A DNA stretch of 64,000 nucleotides, taken from the NCBI RefSeq assembly GCF_020745735.1, contig NW_026867441.1:417951-481950 (forward strand), in the 5' to 3' direction. Each line of letters starts with the position of its first letter. The first letter of the stretch is position 1. Shown piece by piece: positions 61,175 through 64,000 of the stretch. This DNA is from Hemiscyllium ocellatum. Its lineage: Eukaryota. The position numbers and the translations under genes were made by a program. A model generated the notes under the pieces. The model was not told where the DNA came from. It made no database searches and saw only the letters and a list, made by a program, of their open reading frames with translations.

Positions 61175-63990
61175 TCTCAAAAGATTGATTGAGCATGGGG
61201 GTCAAAAGGCAAGTGGTCACAGAGTCAGTTATACAGCAGACCCAACTCACCCGCACAAACCAGATATCTCAATGCGACCTAGCCCACTTTGCCAGCATTT
61301 GGTCCATATCCTTCTCAACCCTTCCTATTCATGTACCCATCCCGATGCTTTCGAAAAGTTAAAATTGAACCCCTCTCCACCACTCTGGCAGCTCATTCCA
61401 TGTATACAGCACCCTCTGCCTGAAAACGTTACCTCTCAGGCCCTTTTTAAATCTTCACCTCTCACCTTAAACCTTGGCCCTCTAGTTTATGGCTCCCCTG
61501 CCCTGGGAAAAAAATCTTGGCTATTCACCCCATCCATGCCCCTCATGATTTTACAAACTTCTGCAAAAACCCTTCAGCCTCCAATGCAAATGGGGAAAAA
61601 TACTTCAGCCTATTCAGCCTCTCCCTGTAACTCAGTCCCAGCAACATACTTGTAAATCTTTTCTGCACTCTCTCAAGTTTAACATCCTTCCTATAGAAAA
61701 GCGATCAGAACTGTATACAGTATTCCAGGCGAGGCCTCACCAATGTCCTGTATAGCTGCAACGCAATGCCTCAACCACTACAGTCAATGTTCTGACCATT
61801 GAAGGCAAGCATGCCAAATGCCTTCTTCACCACTCTTTCTACCGGCAACTCCTCTTTCAAGAAACTGTGCACCTGCATCCCAAGGTCTCTTTGCTCAGCA
61901 ACAGGGCCCGACCATTAACTGTATAAACTAGTAACCAGAGAGAACTTTGAAAACAAGATTTGATGGCGAAGTTTAAAAATGAAGACCATAAGACATAGGA
62001 GTGGAAGTAAGGCCATTCGACCCATTGAGCCCACTCCACCATTCAATCATGGCGGATGGGCATTTCAACTCCACTTATCCGCACTCTCCTCGTAGCCCTT
62101 AATACCTTGATAAATTCTTGATCTTGCAATCTGCCTTGAAGACATTTAACATCCCGGCCTCCGCGGCAATGAATTCCACAGGCCAACAACTCTCTGGCTG
62201 ACGAAGTGTCTCCTCATTTTCATTCTAAATTGACCCCCTCTAATTCTAAGGATGTGCCCATGAGTCCTAGTCTCCCAGCCTAACGGAAACAACTTCCCAG
62301 CGTCCACCCTTTCTAAGCCATGCAGTGTCTTGTAAGTTTCTTGTAGATCTCCCTTCAACCTTCTAAACTCTCATGAATACAATCCCAGGATCCTCAGAAA
62401 TTCATCACATGTTCAGCCTACTTTTTCCAGGGATCATCCGCGTGAATCTCTGCTGGACACGCTCCAGTGCCAGTATGTCCTTCCTGAGGTGTGGGGCCCA
62501 GAATAGGTCACAGTGTTTGAAGTGAGGCTTATCTCAAGCTTTATAAAGTCTCATAAGCACATCACTGCTTTAATATTCCAACCCTCGAGATAAATGACAA
62601 CATTACATTTGCTTTCTGCACCACGGCCTCAACTTGCAAGTCAATCTTTAGAGAATGCTGGATTAGCACTCCCAGATCCCTTTGTACTTTGGCTTTAGGA
62701 ATTTTCTCACCGTTTAGAAAATAGTCCATGCCTGTATTCTTTTTTCCAAAGTGCAAGGCCTCACATTTGCTCACGTTGAATTTCATCAGCCATTTCCTGG
62801 ACCACTCTCCTAAACTGTCTCAATCGTTCTGCAGTCTCCCCACCTCCTCAGAACATCCTGCCTGTCCACCTAACTTCTTATCATCGGTGAACTTCACCAG
62901 AAAGCCCCCAGTTCCTTCATCCAGATCAATAATATATAAAGTGAACAGCTGCAGTCCCAACACTGAATCTGGTGGATTCCACTTGTCACCAGATGCCATT
63001 CTGAAAAAGAACTTTTTACCCCAATTCTCTGCCTTCTTTCAGACAGCTAAACCTCAATCCATGCCAGTGGCTCACCTCAAACATCATGGGCCCTCACCTT
63101 ACTCAGGAGCCTCCCATGAGGCATTTTACCAAAGACCTTTTAGAAATCTAGATAGATCACATCCACTGGGTTTCCCTGGTCTAACCTACTTGTTACCTCT
63201 TCAATGAATGCCAACAAGTTTTTCAGGCATGACCTTGCCTTACTAAATCCATGCTGGCTTGTTTTCATCAGACCCTGCACTTCCAAGAACATACAAATCT
63301 CATCCTTAACGATGGATTCTAGAATTTTCCTACAACCGAGGTTGGGCAAAGCTATAAATTTTCCATCTTTTGTCTTGATCCTTTCTTGAACAAGGGAGTT
63401 ACAAAAGCGATTTTCCAATCATCTGGGACGTTCTCTGACTCCAGTGACAACCAACGCCTCTGCTATTTCCTCAAACACGTCTCTCAGAACATCTGGAATG
63501 GAGCCCAACTGGGCCAGGGGATTTTTCAATTTTTACACCTTTTGGCTTTTCTTGCGCTCTCTCTTTTGGAATGGATACCATACTCAAATCTGTCCCTAAC
63601 TCTCCTTCACTGTTGGGATATTACTCATGCCTTCCACTTTGAAGAGTGATTAAGTTCTTCAGCCTTATCTCCCATCGCAAGCCTTCCTGTGTCAATTTGG
63701 AATGGCCCCAATTTCTATTTTTGCTTCTTGTTTGTTTCTTATGTATTGAAAGAAATTTTTACTATCATTTCTAACATTACTGGCAAGTTTATTTGATCCT
63801 CTCCTTCTTTATTTCTCTCTTTGTTTGTTTTCACGATCTTCCCAATCTTCTGATTTCCCAGTGCTCTTGGTCAGTTTATAGGCTTGCTCTCTCTTTGATA
63901 CATTTCCTGACTTCCTTTGTTGGCCGTGGCTGTCTAATGCCCCCGCCACCCCCCTCCCCCCACCCCTGTATAATTTTTTTTTGGGCTGAA
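61175..63990 (-). mobile_element. CR1-like LINE fragments (tail 61175-61880; RT-to-tail copy 61985 to about 63990)
   Basis: SQHGFSKARSCLKNLLAFIEEVTSRLDQGNPVDVIYLDF, FNVSKCEALHFGKKN and GDLQETYKTLHG. Confidence 0.88.
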
Positions 63991-64000
63991 CATTTGTCCT

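Noticed and set aside
58720-64000. Search for the J and V belonging to C2
   Set aside because: No FGxG segment or RSS found on the minus strand; they probably lie beyond the window, since the other J-C intron is 8.5 kb.

Overview
Eukaryotic genomic DNA from a cartilaginous fish (shark-type repeats and Ig organisation); the species cannot be determined from the sequence. The window covers part of a multicluster immunoglobulin kappa-type light-chain locus with clusters in alternating orientation. It holds a minus-strand leader+V at the left edge (1-532), one complete plus-strand L-V-12RSS / 23RSS-J / C cluster (31547-41418), and a minus-strand C exon (58391-58718). Each of the three clusters carries inactivating lesions. 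The rest is mostly decayed retroelements: CR1-like and L2 LINEs, two tRNA-type SINE families, Penelope-like elements (PLEs) with GIY-YIG remnants, and micro/minisatellites. The strongest second-look signals are: (i) minimal type I hammerhead-ribozyme motifs in several PLE termini, repeatedly arranged as fold-back palindromic insertions with target-site duplications and often joined at the ribozyme; (ii) head-to-head and tail-to-tail inverted duplication of Ig clusters; (iii) extreme germline CDR divergence against a near-identical leader intron. All alignments and counts were done by eye, and repeat boundaries are approximate.
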